Positions 35,388 to 44,987 of a stretch of 64,000 nucleotides of DNA are shown in pieces. The notes beneath the pieces were generated by a model that was given only the letters and a program-made list of their open reading frames with translations, had not been told where the DNA came from and made no database searches. How positions within the stretch are numbered: position 1 is the stretch's first letter; the number at the start of each line of letters is the position of its first letter. Position numbers and translations under genes: made by a program. Source of the DNA: Candidatus Margulisiibacteriota bacterium (lineage in GTDB: Bacteria; Margulisbacteria; WOR-1; O2-12-FULL-45-9; XYB2-FULL-48-7); assembly GCA_018822365.1 (NCBI GenBank), contig JAHJKL010000052.1:104-64103 (forward strand). Reading direction: 5' to 3'.

Positions 35388-36802
35388 TCGAAATAACCGA
35401 CCGCCGACAGGAGAGCTTTGGCTTTATTGATAGTCTCCTGATATTCCCGGCCAGGGTCGGAATCGGCCACGATCCCCGCCCCTGCCTGCAAGTAGGCGCG
35501 CCCTTCTTTGACCAGGATCGTCCTGATAGTTATCGCGGTATCAAGGTCGCCGGAAAAGCTCAGATAACCGACACACCCGGCATAAAGCCCGCGGCGCAGG
35601 TTCTCAAGCTCGTCAATTATCTCCATCGCCCGGACCTTTGGCGCGCCGGAAACGGTCCCGGCCGGGAAACAGGCTTTCAACAGGTCAAGGGCGCTTTTTT
35701 TGCTCTGAAGCTTGCCGGTCACGTTGCTGACAATATGCATAACGTGGGAATAGCGCTCGATCGTCATTTTTTCGGTCACGGCAACGCTCCCATATTCGCA
35801 GACCCGCCCCAGGTCGTTTCGTCCAAGGTCGACCAGCATCACATGCTCGGCCAGCTCCTTTTTGTTGGACAATAGTTCGGCTTCCAGTTTTTTGTCTTCC
35901 GCTTCCCCGCTCCCCCGCCGGATAGTCCCGGCGATCGGCCTGACCGTCGCTGTCCGCCCGGTCAACCGGACCATGACTTCCGGCGATGAGCCAATAACCT
36001 TCAGCCCACCCAGTTTGAAAAAATACATATATGGGGACGGGTTGATCATTCGCAGTACCCGGTAAACATTAAATGGATCGGCCTGGCATTTGGCCTCTAA
36101 CCGTTGGGAAAGGACAACCTGGATAACATCTCCAGCCTTGATATACTCCTTAGCCCGCCGGACCATATTCTCATATTCGTTTTTGCTAAGATTCGAATTA
36201 AAGGCAACCTCTTTCGCCGTTTTGATCGGCAGGGATATCTCCTTTGGCAAGGCGGCCAGCGGTTTACGGAGTTTTTTCTCCAACACTTGGATCTTGGCGC
36301 AGGCCTCCAGGTAAGCGCTTTTAGGGTTCTTCTTGTCCAGATGGGCGTTAGCGATAATTTGGATCTTGTGTTTAACGTGATCAAAAGCAAGCAGAGTGTC
36401 GGCCAGCAAAAATGTTGCCTTGGGTAGTTTCAGCGGGTCGGGATTCTTATCCGGGATCTTTTCAATTTCCCTGACCGCGTCGTAACTGACATACCCGACC
36501 AGCCCGCCGCAAAATGGAGGAAGGTTGGGAACTTCTACCGGACGGTAGCGCTTCATTAACTGGCCGATCTCATCCAGGCTTCGGGGTTGGATCACGTTCT
36601 TAACGGGAACCGAACCAAGAAAAGAATAACGGGCGACCTGCTCCCCCCCCTCCACCGACTCCAGCAGAAAAGAGTATTCGCTTTCGATCTTTTTGTAGGC
36701 GGAAACCGGGGTTTCCAGGTCGGCGACTATCTCCTTATAGACCGGGACCAGATTCCCTTTTTTGGCCAAATTGATGAATTCTTTTTCACTTGGATAGTAC
36801 AT
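35384..36802 (-). CDS. trpE: anthranilate synthase component I (chorismate-utilising enzyme; PabB not excluded)
   Basis: NPSPYMYFF, GSSPEVMV, AGTIRRG and GAPKVRAMEII are present. Confidence 0.8.
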   Translation of the reverse strand: MYYPSEKEFINLAKKGNLVPVYKEIVADLETPVSAYKKIESEYSFLLESVEGGEQVARYSFLGSVPVKNVIQPRSLDEIGQLMKRYRPVEVPNLPPFCGGLVGYVSYDAVREIEKIPDKNPDPLKLPKATFLLADTLLAFDHVKHKIQIIANAHLDKKNPKSAYLEACAKIQVLEKKLRKPLAALPKEISLPIKTAKEVAFNSNLSKNEYENMVRRAKEYIKAGDVIQVVLSQRLEAKCQADPFNVYRVLRMINPSPYMYFFKLGGLKVIGSSPEVMVRLTGRTATVRPIAGTIRRGSGEAEDKKLEAELLSNKKELAEHVMLVDLGRNDLGRVCEYGSVAVTEKMTIERYSHVMHIVSNVTGKLQSKKSALDLLKACFPAGTVSGAPKVRAMEIIDELENLRRGLYAGCVGYLSFSGDLDTAITIRTILVKEGRAYLQAGAGIVADSDPGREYQETINKAKALLSAVGYFE

Positions 36803-36831
36803 GATCCCTCTTGGTTGTAATGTTACTGCGA

Positions 36832-37632
36832 TTAATTGGTCCGCGCAACTACGTATTCAGCCAGGCTTTTTAGTCCCTCGGCTCTATTGCCAAAACCGGC
36901 CAGAGCCTTTTGGGCGGAATCCCTTTCCGCCAAAGCCATTTTTTTTGATCTTTCCAGCCCGATTAAATACGGATACCCCTTTTTTATGTCCGCCTGGACC
37001 GGCTTGCCAAGCTTTTTCCTGGTGGAAGTCGCGTCAAGAATATCGTCGGCGATCTGAAAGGCCAGGCCAAGATGCTCGGCGTATCCGGCCAGAGCGTCCA
37101 ACTTTTTTGGGGAGGCGCCACAAATTATACCGGAGCCGCGGACGCAAGCCCGCAGCAGTGCGGCTGTTTTCCATTTGTGGATCAAACGGAGCTGGTTTAG
37201 TGTTATACGTTTGTTTGGCGCGTCAATATCGGCCACCTGGCCTTCAACTACTTCTAATAGAGCGCTAGAGAGTTCAACCAGGGAGCGCGGCTGATCGGCA
37301 ATGATCTCAAAGGCAAGCGTGTTGAGCGCGTCGCCGGCCAGGATCGCCAGCGCTTCGCCAAAGACCTTGTGACTTGAGGGCTTCCCCCTGCGGAAATCGG
37401 CATTATCCATCGCCGGAAGGTCATCATGGATCAGGGTAAAAGTATGGATCATTTCAACCGCGCAGGCAAAAGGGATCACCTTCTTTTCGGGCTTCCCCAG
37501 GGTAGCGGCTGTGGCAAGACAGAGAAGAGGGCGAAACCTTTTACCTCCGGCAAAAATAGAATACCGCATCGCCCTGGCCAACTTCCCCCGTTTTGGCAAA
37601 TATTTGTCCAGCGCCTGATCGATCATTTTCAT
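36832..37632 (-). CDS. ispA: short-chain (E)-polyprenyl diphosphate synthase (FPP/GGPP synthase)
   Basis: First Asp-rich motif [17 protein letters not shown] and second Asp-rich motif QIADDILD are present. Confidence 0.85.
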   Translation of the reverse strand: MKMIDQALDKYLPKRGKLARAMRYSIFAGGKRFRPLLCLATAATLGKPEKKVIPFACAVEMIHTFTLIHDDLPAMDNADFRRGKPSSHKVFGEALAILAGDALNTLAFEIIADQPRSLVELSSALLEVVEGQVADIDAPNKRITLNQLRLIHKWKTAALLRACVRGSGIICGASPKKLDALAGYAEHLGLAFQIADDILDATSTRKKLGKPVQADIKKGYPYLIGLERSKKMALAERDSAQKALAGFGNRAEGLKSLAEYVVARTN

Positions 37633-38411
37633 CGCCGCACCATGATCCCCTTTGCCCCAAGATGGTCTTTGATCTCTTTGATCGTCAACTCGCGATAGTG
37701 AAGAAGAGAAGCAAGCAGGGCGGCATCGGCCTGAGCCTCAACAAAAGCGGCGTAAATGTGGTCCAGGGTCCCGGCTCCGCCGGAAGCGATGACCGGGATC
37801 GAAACCGCGTCAGCTATCGCCCTGGTCAATTGAACATCATAACCGATCCTGGTCCCGTCACGGTCCATGCTGGTCAAAAGAATCTCACCAGCCCCTAATT
37901 GTTCCGCTTTTTTCGCCCATTCAACCGCGTCGATCCCGGTCGCCGTCCTCCCGCCATGAGTATATACTTCCCACTCAATCCCTCGATCCCTTGATGCCTT
38001 ATCTTCCTGTGTCCTTTTCGCATCAACCGCCACAACAATGCACTGGCTCCCAAATTTCTCCGCCGCCCTGGTAATTAATGACGGGTCGCGGACCGCCGCG
38101 GTATTTATGGAAACCTTGTCTGCCCCATTGGCAATAATTTCACGGATCGTTTCAAGGTCGTTGATCCCACCGCCAACGGTGAAAGGGATATAGATAGTTT
38201 CCGCCACTTTCTTGACGACTTCCAGCATGATGTAGCGCTTGTCAGATGACGCGGTGATATCCAGAAAAACCAGCTCATCGGCCCCTTCTTTATCATAAAA
38301 GGCGGCCAAGGCAACCGGGTCGCCGGCGTCTTTAAGGTCGATAAAGTTAACCCCTTTGACCACTCGGCCTTCTTTGACATCAAGACAAGGAATAATTCTC
38401 TTGGCTAGCAT
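37629..38411 (-). CDS. hisF: imidazole glycerol phosphate synthase cyclase subunit HisF-like
   Basis: [19 protein letters not shown]...[10 protein letters not shown]...GGGI is a HisF signature. Confidence 0.88.
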   Translation of the reverse strand: MLAKRIIPCLDVKEGRVVKGVNFIDLKDAGDPVALAAFYDKEGADELVFLDITASSDKRYIMLEVVKKVAETIYIPFTVGGGINDLETIREIIANGADKVSINTAAVRDPSLITRAAEKFGSQCIVVAVDAKRTQEDKASRDRGIEWEVYTHGGRTATGIDAVEWAKKAEQLGAGEILLTSMDRDGTRIGYDVQLTRAIADAVSIPVIASGGAGTLDHIYAAFVEAQADAALLASLLHYRELTIKEIKDHLGAKGIMVRR

Positions 38412-38668
38412 TGGTATCCTTCACTCCTTAATAAGGCGATCTTTTTGCGTAATCCCCCGGCAAAACCACCAAGCCCATTGGCCGCCACCACCCGGTGGCA
38501 GGGAACGATTGGGGCGTATCGATTCTTGTTTAAGGCGTTGCCAACCGCCCGGGCCGCTTTTGGCCGACCAATCCTACGGGCAACCCAACTGTAACTCCTA
38601 ACCTCACCTCTGGGGATCAGTTTAACGGCGGCGTAAACATCTTTTTCAAACTGAGTCGGTTGTTTCAT
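38405..38668 (-). CDS. MGMT-family DNA-binding domain protein (O6-alkylguanine methyltransferase C-terminal domain only)
   Basis: An 87-aa protein with the active-site motif PCHRVV. Confidence 0.8.
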   Translation of the reverse strand: MKQPTQFEKDVYAAVKLIPRGEVRSYSWVARRIGRPKAARAVGNALNKNRYAPIVPCHRVVAANGLGGFAGGLRKKIALLRSEGYQC

Positions 38669-38676
38669 ATTTTTCC

Positions 38677-38736
38677 CCGCGGCTAAACGCCGCGGTTAAA
38701 TCCTGGAAACCGCGAAGTTTATTCGCTGGTTTCCAG
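38677..38736 (-). other. two consecutive strong stem-loops in the 73-nt spacer between the PHP gene and the MGMT-like gene
   Basis: 38703-38736 forms a ~14-bp stem with one bulge. 38677-38695 forms a 7-bp stem, CCGCGGC/GCCGCGG. Only a weak U-tract follows either one. Confidence 0.45.
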
Positions 38737-38741
38737 TGATC

Positions 38742-39452
38742 TCATCGTTCCAACAAATACTTCTCGATCTTCTCGAAAGAAGTGTTGACGATATGCTTAT
38801 CGCTTAAACCGGCCGCTTTGATCAATTCTTCCGATTTGCGAAAGTCCCCCAGCATCCAGGAAGCGTGAGAATCGGTCCCCAGCGCCACCAGCCAATCCAG
38901 TTTTTTTATCTCCCGGGCCGCCTGCAAACATTTGTCCCAGGAACCGGGCCGGCTGATAAAAGAACTGTTATTTAATTCAACCAGTACTTTACCCTCTTTA
39001 GCGGCGGCTACAACAGCCGGGATATTAACGGGGAACTTGGGATTACCGATATGGCCGAGTATATTGACCTTAGGATTGCGCTTGATGGTTTTGATCAGAA
39101 CTTCGGTGTTTTTTTCTTCCCCTTGATTGTCACAGCCAACCCTGGGGTGAAGGCTGGCGATCACTATTTCCAATTCATTGAGCTCATAATCAGACAGGTC
39201 AATTTCTCCATCGGCGCTGATAATGTTGACTTCACAGCCCCGGTAGAGCCTGACCCCGTCGATCTTTTCGGGGACCATCTTCATGTTGGCAAAATAATAG
39301 AGGTGCGGGCCGCCGGGCATCGCCGGTCCGTGGTCGGTCAGAGCAAATGCTTTTAACCCGATTTTCTTCGCCTGGGAGGCGTACTCTTCCATAGTTGAAT
39401 AAGCGTGACCGGAAGAGATCGTGTGAACATGGAGATCGGCGACGTACTTCAT
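38742..39452 (-). CDS. PHP-family phosphoesterase (YcdX-like)
   Basis: ADLHVHTISSGHAYS...ALTDHGP...GHIGNP...GTDSH are PHP-family motifs. Confidence 0.82.
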   Translation of the reverse strand: MKYVADLHVHTISSGHAYSTMEEYASQAKKIGLKAFALTDHGPAMPGGPHLYYFANMKMVPEKIDGVRLYRGCEVNIISADGEIDLSDYELNELEIVIASLHPRVGCDNQGEEKNTEVLIKTIKRNPKVNILGHIGNPKFPVNIPAVVAAAKEGKVLVELNNSSFISRPGSWDKCLQAAREIKKLDWLVALGTDSHASWMLGDFRKSEELIKAAGLSDKHIVNTSFEKIEKYLLER

Positions 39453-39458
39453 GAGCTT

Positions 39459-39467
39459 ATTTTAGCA
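39459..39467 (-). promoter_or_regulatory. extended -10 TGcTAAAAT, 6 nt upstream of the PHP gene ATG
   Basis: Read on the minus strand. No SD is present. Confidence 0.55.
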
Positions 39468-39487
39468 TGAAATACTAGGAATTATGA

Positions 39488-41887
39488 CTAAAAAAGCAAC
39501 GCTTTGTATATTCCATCGACATAATTATCCCATTTTTCCGGAACAATCCGGGCTCTAACACCTGGAATCGAATGTATATCGGCGCTGGCGATCAGCAAAT
39601 GGAAATAGAACATCTCCGCCGAAGAGAAAGCAGAGGCGGATAATTGGGCTTTGGCCCGATCAACAGCTTCCGGTAAAGGGAGGTTCTCTTTATTGATATC
39701 ACCAAATAAGTGATGTGTCCGGATCAGGGTTAATATGAACTCTGTTTCTTGAGCGGTAAGCTTACCAACACCAGAAACAAGCGGATCCGCCAGAATCCCG
39801 GCGGCAATCAGCGCTGATTGATCGGCATGTCGAGGGTTAACGGGGTCACTTAACTTGCCAACATCATGATACAAGAGGGCGATCCTTAACAATTCTTTAA
39901 GCGGACGCTTAAAACCTGTAGGCATAACAATCCCCCGACTGGCTAAATCGTCTGTTTCCAGCAGATGCAAAGCGTTAAATGTGTGCTGCAATGGGTCAAG
40001 GCCGCTGTGAGACGGGTTTTGCTGTAATCCGATCAACCGACGCAAGGGATTGCCCGACGGGATTAGAGCGAGAAAATCAGGATATTGAAGTTGGGCCCTG
40101 AACGCAGTGTCCGGCTGGATCGCGATGCAACCGGCAAGAGGGGGATTGACCGCCAGCCTTGAAGTTTGGGTCGTTTCGGCCAGGCGGTAGGCCGCCAGCA
40201 TTTCCCGATAATAAGCCTGCTCAAATAAAAAGAACGAATCGTAGCCGAAAACCGGTTCAAATGAACCGTGATGCCTGCTCGATCGTCTGGTTAAATTCTC
40301 TCTACCGGCCTGAAACTCATCTTTGGTCTGGCCGGTCCCTTTGACCCGGCAAAGGAGCTTGAGCATCTCCGGCCTTCTTGCCTCAACCAATTTAACCGTC
40401 TGGTCCCATAAATGATCCGGGACCATAATCCTTTGGACCTGATCAAGAGGGACATCGTGAGGGACCTCAAGTTGCGGATAAGTGCTCATCAATTTATCCG
40501 CGTCTCCCATAAGAACAGTATGTCCTACACATTGAGGCTTGGCCTGTGCTTGCCCTAACCGCCTGTTATATTCCACCCTTTGAGCCAGGTCCTTGAACAG
40601 CTTCTCTTTGCCAATTTTATCGTCCATTTGTTTGACCGCATGAACTCTGCCGCTGTATAGAAGCATTATCATTTGATCCATTCTCTGCTGGCTAATTTGT
40701 ATATTACCCAGCAACTCAAAGATATTCCCCTTGGGACAAAGAAATTGTTCTTCCGGGTCAACAAATAAGATCTTCCAGCTTTCATCGCTCCCCCAAATAG
40801 CGACAAGATCTTCTCGTTTCGGATATTTTTCAAATATGTGCACTTTATTGACTACCCGTTGTCCCTTAAACTCCTCCAAAAACAGACTGACCACCCTGCT
40901 CCGGTCTTTCTCTGTTTCCCAAAAACCCGGTTTCATGACCACAACTATTTCTCCGTATTCATGGCTTAAGCCATAACGGAAATATTTTACTTGTCGGCCA
41001 TTGGTCCTTAAAAAGCCGTGCCCAACGATGTCTTGAAGCTCTTGCTCGCCAATATTCCTGGAAAATGGGAGCATTTGACCCGATGATTTAACATTATCAA
41101 TTAATTGAATAATTACCGGAGTAAGGCCGATCTCGCCCGTAAATTCACGGTAAGCCGGCCGGGGAGCGGGAGGCAAGAGCATACCGTCTGTTTTAAGCTC
41201 GATCATCACCGGCTTCGTATCACATTCGAGGCGATATTGCCGGGCAGATATCTCCAGCAAAATAACAGCCGAAAGACGTTCCAGGCCTAGCCAGCCTTTG
41301 ACTTTCTCTTGGATCCCGACTATTTTCTGTTCGATTTGGAATAATTCATCCCTAGTTAATGGGTCATTGGAGAAAAATAGCTTGGTCTGGACTTCTAACA
41401 TTTTGTCGACTTCTTTATCGTGATCTCGCTCTGCATGGCCGATCCGGTCGATCCTGGCCCCGATCTCCAGTAAAACAACCCCGATCATATTTTTTATACA
41501 GCGCTCTCCCCTGGCGCCATTGATCAGCGAACAAGCCTCATTGTTCAGCTCGATCAATTCGGCGGCTGACAACGATTTTTGCCCCAGAAACAACCTGGCC
41601 TGGATACGCTGGAGAGAGAAAACAACCATTTCCCTCTTTAACTTAGTCGCGTTACGGGCAGAGGAAAGATCGGGAAGAAGAGGTTTACGTAAGTCCATTT
41701 CTAGAAAAAGAGCCTGGGCTTCAGCCTTAACGCTTGCCGGAAGGTGAGGACTGCCCATGATTCTGGCTAAAACCCGTTCTTGAATAGCCGCCAATGTCCG
41801 TTTGGAGGTCGCTTTTTCCAGGACTTTCCTGAAGGAGTTGACCGATAATCCTTTTAAATTTATTACAACCCTGTTTGCCATAGTCAT
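39488..41887 (-). CDS. 799-aa protein: unknown ~620-aa N-terminal region plus a C-terminal HD-domain phosphohydrolase module
   Basis: The HD signature lies in the last ~170 aa (39491-40003): LQHTFNALH...LLYHDVGK...RHADQS...IRTHH...ADIHS. I recognise nothing in the remainder. Confidence 0.7.
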   Translation of the reverse strand: MTMANRVVINLKGLSVNSFRKVLEKATSKRTLAAIQERVLARIMGSPHLPASVKAEAQALFLEMDLRKPLLPDLSSARNATKLKREMVVFSLQRIQARLFLGQKSLSAAELIELNNEACSLINGARGERCIKNMIGVVLLEIGARIDRIGHAERDHDKEVDKMLEVQTKLFFSNDPLTRDELFQIEQKIVGIQEKVKGWLGLERLSAVILLEISARQYRLECDTKPVMIELKTDGMLLPPAPRPAYREFTGEIGLTPVIIQLIDNVKSSGQMLPFSRNIGEQELQDIVGHGFLRTNGRQVKYFRYGLSHEYGEIVVVMKPGFWETEKDRSRVVSLFLEEFKGQRVVNKVHIFEKYPKREDLVAIWGSDESWKILFVDPEEQFLCPKGNIFELLGNIQISQQRMDQMIMLLYSGRVHAVKQMDDKIGKEKLFKDLAQRVEYNRRLGQAQAKPQCVGHTVLMGDADKLMSTYPQLEVPHDVPLDQVQRIMVPDHLWDQTVKLVEARRPEMLKLLCRVKGTGQTKDEFQAGRENLTRRSSRHHGSFEPVFGYDSFFLFEQAYYREMLAAYRLAETTQTSRLAVNPPLAGCIAIQPDTAFRAQLQYPDFLALIPSGNPLRRLIGLQQNPSHSGLDPLQHTFNALHLLETDDLASRGIVMPTGFKRPLKELLRIALLYHDVGKLSDPVNPRHADQSALIAAGILADPLVSGVGKLTAQETEFILTLIRTHHLFGDINKENLPLPEAVDRAKAQLSASAFSSAEMFYFHLLIASADIHSIPGVRARIVPEKWDNYVDGIYKALLF

Positions 41888-41895
41888 TACAGATA

Positions 41896-41925
41896 ATTAT
41901 CGTTAAAAAGTGGAGAAAATTTCAA
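41896..41925 (-). promoter_or_regulatory. promoter TTGAAA-18-GATAAT, ending 8 nt before the ATG at 41887
   Basis: Read on the minus strand. No SD is present. Confidence 0.5.
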
Positions 41926-41938
41926 TTATGAGGGCTAA

Positions 41939-42682
41939 TTATCCGGCTTTTTCCAGCTCTTCTTCGGAGATATCAAAGTTGGTAAAGACTTCCTGAACAT
42001 CGTCGTGCTCTTCAAGCAAACTCACCAGCTTGAGAGCCTTTTGCGCCGTTTCGCCGGTCAGCTTGACCGTGGTCGTCGGGATCATGGCGATATCCGCCTG
42101 GACCGGATTAAACCCGGCAGACTGCAGGGCATTCTTGACCTTTTCAAAGTTCTCCGGGGTGGTCAGGACCTCGATCGTTTTGTCTTCGGAAATGATGTCT
42201 TCGGCCCCGGCATCGATCGCGGCCAGGGTTAATTTATCCTCATCGATGCCCGCTTTTTCCAGGACAATGCTCCCCCGGCGATTAAAAAGATAGGAAACAC
42301 TGCCGGAAGAACCAAGGTTGCCGCCATGTTTATCAAAAGTATTGCGGATCTCTCCAGCCGCCCGGTTCCGGTTATCCGTCATTACATTGACCAGGATCGC
42401 AAATCCCCCCGGACCAAACCCTTCGTATGTTAGCTCCTCCATCACCGCGTCGCCGCCGCCAAGCCCCTTTTCGATCGCCCTTTTAATATTATCGTTCGGC
42501 ATATTGGCCGCTTTTGCCTTATCGATCGATAAACGAAGCCTGGGATTGGCCGCCGGGTCTCCCCCGCCAACTTTTGCCGCGGTCGATATTTCCCTGATTA
42601 TCTTAGTAAAGATCCGACCCCGAGCGGCATCGGTCTTGGCCTTTGCTCTTTTAATTGTCGCCCATTTAGAATGACCTGACAT
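41939..42682 (-). CDS. yebC: YebC/PmpR-family transcriptional regulator
   Basis: MSGHSKWATIKRAKAKTDAARGRIFTK...ANPRLR is a YebC signature. Confidence 0.93.
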   Translation of the reverse strand: MSGHSKWATIKRAKAKTDAARGRIFTKIIREISTAAKVGGGDPAANPRLRLSIDKAKAANMPNDNIKRAIEKGLGGGDAVMEELTYEGFGPGGFAILVNVMTDNRNRAAGEIRNTFDKHGGNLGSSGSVSYLFNRRGSIVLEKAGIDEDKLTLAAIDAGAEDIISEDKTIEVLTTPENFEKVKNALQSAGFNPVQADIAMIPTTTVKLTGETAQKALKLVSLLEEHDDVQEVFTNFDISEEELEKAG

Positions 42683-42691
42683 ATTAGAGTT

Positions 42692-42700
42692 ATTTTAGCA
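42692..42700 (-). promoter_or_regulatory. extended -10 TGcTAAAAT, 9 nt upstream of the yebC ATG
   Basis: Read on the minus strand. Confidence 0.5.
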
Positions 42701-42735
42701 TAGTATAACTAATTCTGTAAAACAATGATGGCCGC

Positions 42736-42765
42736 TTGAAATTATTAGCCGTATTTATCGATAAT
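42736..42765 (+). promoter_or_regulatory. promoter TTGAAA-18-GATAAT, ending 10 nt before the ATG at 42776
   Basis: Read directly from the sequence. The architecture matches the promoter at 41896-41925. Confidence 0.45.
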
Positions 42766-42775
42766 AAAATAGAAT

Positions 42776-43546
42776 ATGAGAGCGACAATGCCAAATATCA
42801 TTCATGGGCGCTTTTTTAGGGCCATCCGGCTCTTGGCTCTTCCCCTGGCAATTAATGCCGGAAGCGCCTGTTCCGGCAAGATCATTAAGCCGGAAGAGTG
42901 CCTAAGCCTGAATCAGATGGAGTGCCAACGCCAACAGGTAAAAATTACCGTAGACGACCCTCAGTTTCAACCGGAACAAGCCTATTTAACCAAGAGAACC
43001 AACCAATTGCTCCTGGCCCTTCCATCCTGCTCATACCAGGGTATCAAAGAGATCATTTTCACGCCAAACCTACTCACTCCCGGGGCGGCAGGTGAACGGG
43101 TTTGCATATCAGTTGATTCGTCAAATGGAAATTCTTCCAGGTCTTGTTATGTCAATATCAGCACCAATTGGCTAATGAAGGAACCGGTCCCCACCACTCC
43201 AGGTCTGCCCCATTATTGGGAATATTCCCTGGTCCACGAGATCGGCCACAACTCTTTGGATATCGCTTGCTATAACGGCAAATTTGGAACAATTTCTTTT
43301 AACCCGGATGGAAATCCTAAAACCCTGAATGAAGCAGACTATCTGCTGAGATATAGTTTTTATCCCAACGAAGAACATATTTCAGCGGTAGAAAGCCCCA
43401 AAGAGGATTTCGCTTACTCTTACGCGAGTTTCGTGCTGGATAGCGGATATTTCAAACAAAAAGCCCAGGCCTCAAATGCCGCTTCCCAAAAATATTACAT
43501 TATGCAAAATTATGTGTTTCCCCATGAATATCCGGCCCAGCCTTAA
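42776..43546 (+). CDS. secreted protein or lipoprotein candidate with an HEXXH motif (putative zinc metallopeptidase)
   Basis: The signal peptide ends in INAGSAC, and a single HEIGH motif occurs (LVHEIGHNSLD). I recognise no wider family. Confidence 0.45.
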   Translation: MRATMPNIIHGRFFRAIRLLALPLAINAGSACSGKIIKPEECLSLNQMECQRQQVKITVDDPQFQPEQAYLTKRTNQLLLALPSCSYQGIKEIIFTPNLLTPGAAGERVCISVDSSNGNSSRSCYVNISTNWLMKEPVPTTPGLPHYWEYSLVHEIGHNSLDIACYNGKFGTISFNPDGNPKTLNEADYLLRYSFYPNEEHISAVESPKEDFAYSYASFVLDSGYFKQKAQASNAASQKYYIMQNYVFPHEYPAQP

Positions 43547-43553
43547 ATAACTC

Positions 43554-44987
43554 TTAAAGTGGAGCAATGCCGATCTTTTTCAAAGCCTTCAGGTATAGCG
43601 CGATATATTTTTTAGCCGACGCGTCCCAGGAATAATCAAGGTTCATCACCCGTTTCTGCAATGTCTCCCAGAGCTCTTTTTGTTTATAAACGGCAACCGC
43701 CCTTTTTACCGCGTCGATCAACGCGGCAGAGCTGTACTTCTCAAAAACAAAACCCTCACCTTTGCCAACCCGCTGGTCAAAATCACCGACTGTGTCGGCT
43801 AAACCGCCGGTCCGGCGGACGATCGGGATCGTCCCGTACTTGAAACCGATCAACTGTCCCAATCCGCACGGCTCATACCGGCTCGGCATCATGAACAAAT
43901 CGGCCCCCGCGTAGATCAGCTCCGCGAGCATCGCGTCAAATTCCAGGTTGACCGCCAACTTTTTGGGGAATTTCTCATGTTCTTCGGTAAGCAAGGCATG
44001 ATATTTGGGATCCCCTGTTCCCAATATAACCATCTGGCAATCCATTGCCAGGATCTCTTCCAGCGCTTCAGATAAAATATCCAGCCCTTTTTGGTCGGCC
44101 AGCCTGGTGACCAGGCCGAGAACCGGGATATCTTTGTTCTCCGGCAGTTTATTGCGCCGCTGGAGCTCGATCTTATTATCGGCCTTTAAAAATATCGTCG
44201 CCGGACTGTAGCGTTTGACAATGTTCGGATCGGTCGCCGGGTTCCAGATCTCATAATCCAGCCCGTTGATAATGCCAAAAACATCCTGGGTTCGCGCCCT
44301 GAGCAATCCGTCTAACCCGGCCCCATATTCGGTTGTTTGGATCTCCTTGGCATAATTTTCTGAAACCGTACTTATTACATCGGCAAAAATAATACCGGCC
44401 TTGGACAGGGAGATCTCTCCCCAAAACTCCAATCCATCCGGCTTGAACAGATCCCAACCCAAACCGGTAAAAAGGAGCTTCTCTTTAGGGAAGAGTCCAA
44501 GATAAGCCATGTTATGGATGGAATATACGGTAGCGGTCCTGACAAAAAACGGATCATCCTTATAGGCTTTCTTTAACAAAGCAATGATCAGCGCCGACTG
44601 CCAGTCATTGCCATGAATGATATCCGGCCGCCAATTGAGCTCTTTTAACAGGGGAAAAGCGGCCCGGCAAAACGCGGAAAACCGCTCAAGGTTGTCCGGA
44701 TAATCGACCCCGTTTTGCTGGTAAAGCCCTTCCCTGTCGCCAAAAAAAGCGGGATCGTCAAATAAATAAACAATGACCTCGGTCCCGGGAATTTTGCCTT
44801 CATATATATTGGGGAATATTTTCGTTAGGTTGTATTTTTCCGGATCGACCATCTTGTAACGGGGCATAAAGACCCTGACATCATGGCCGATCCGCTTTAA
44901 CGCTTTTGGGAGAGCCCCGGCGACATCGGCCAGGCCGCCGGTCTTGGCAAAGGGGACGACCTCCGACGAAACGTATAATATTCTCAT
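43554..44987 (-). CDS. glgA: glycogen synthase (GT5)
   Basis: MRILYVSSEVVPFAKTGGLADVAGALPKAL is the GlgA signature. Confidence 0.93.
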   Translation of the reverse strand: MRILYVSSEVVPFAKTGGLADVAGALPKALKRIGHDVRVFMPRYKMVDPEKYNLTKIFPNIYEGKIPGTEVIVYLFDDPAFFGDREGLYQQNGVDYPDNLERFSAFCRAAFPLLKELNWRPDIIHGNDWQSALIIALLKKAYKDDPFFVRTATVYSIHNMAYLGLFPKEKLLFTGLGWDLFKPDGLEFWGEISLSKAGIIFADVISTVSENYAKEIQTTEYGAGLDGLLRARTQDVFGIINGLDYEIWNPATDPNIVKRYSPATIFLKADNKIELQRRNKLPENKDIPVLGLVTRLADQKGLDILSEALEEILAMDCQMVILGTGDPKYHALLTEEHEKFPKKLAVNLEFDAMLAELIYAGADLFMMPSRYEPCGLGQLIGFKYGTIPIVRRTGGLADTVGDFDQRVGKGEGFVFEKYSSAALIDAVKRAVAVYKQKELWETLQKRVMNLDYSWDASAKKYIALYLKALKKIGIAPL

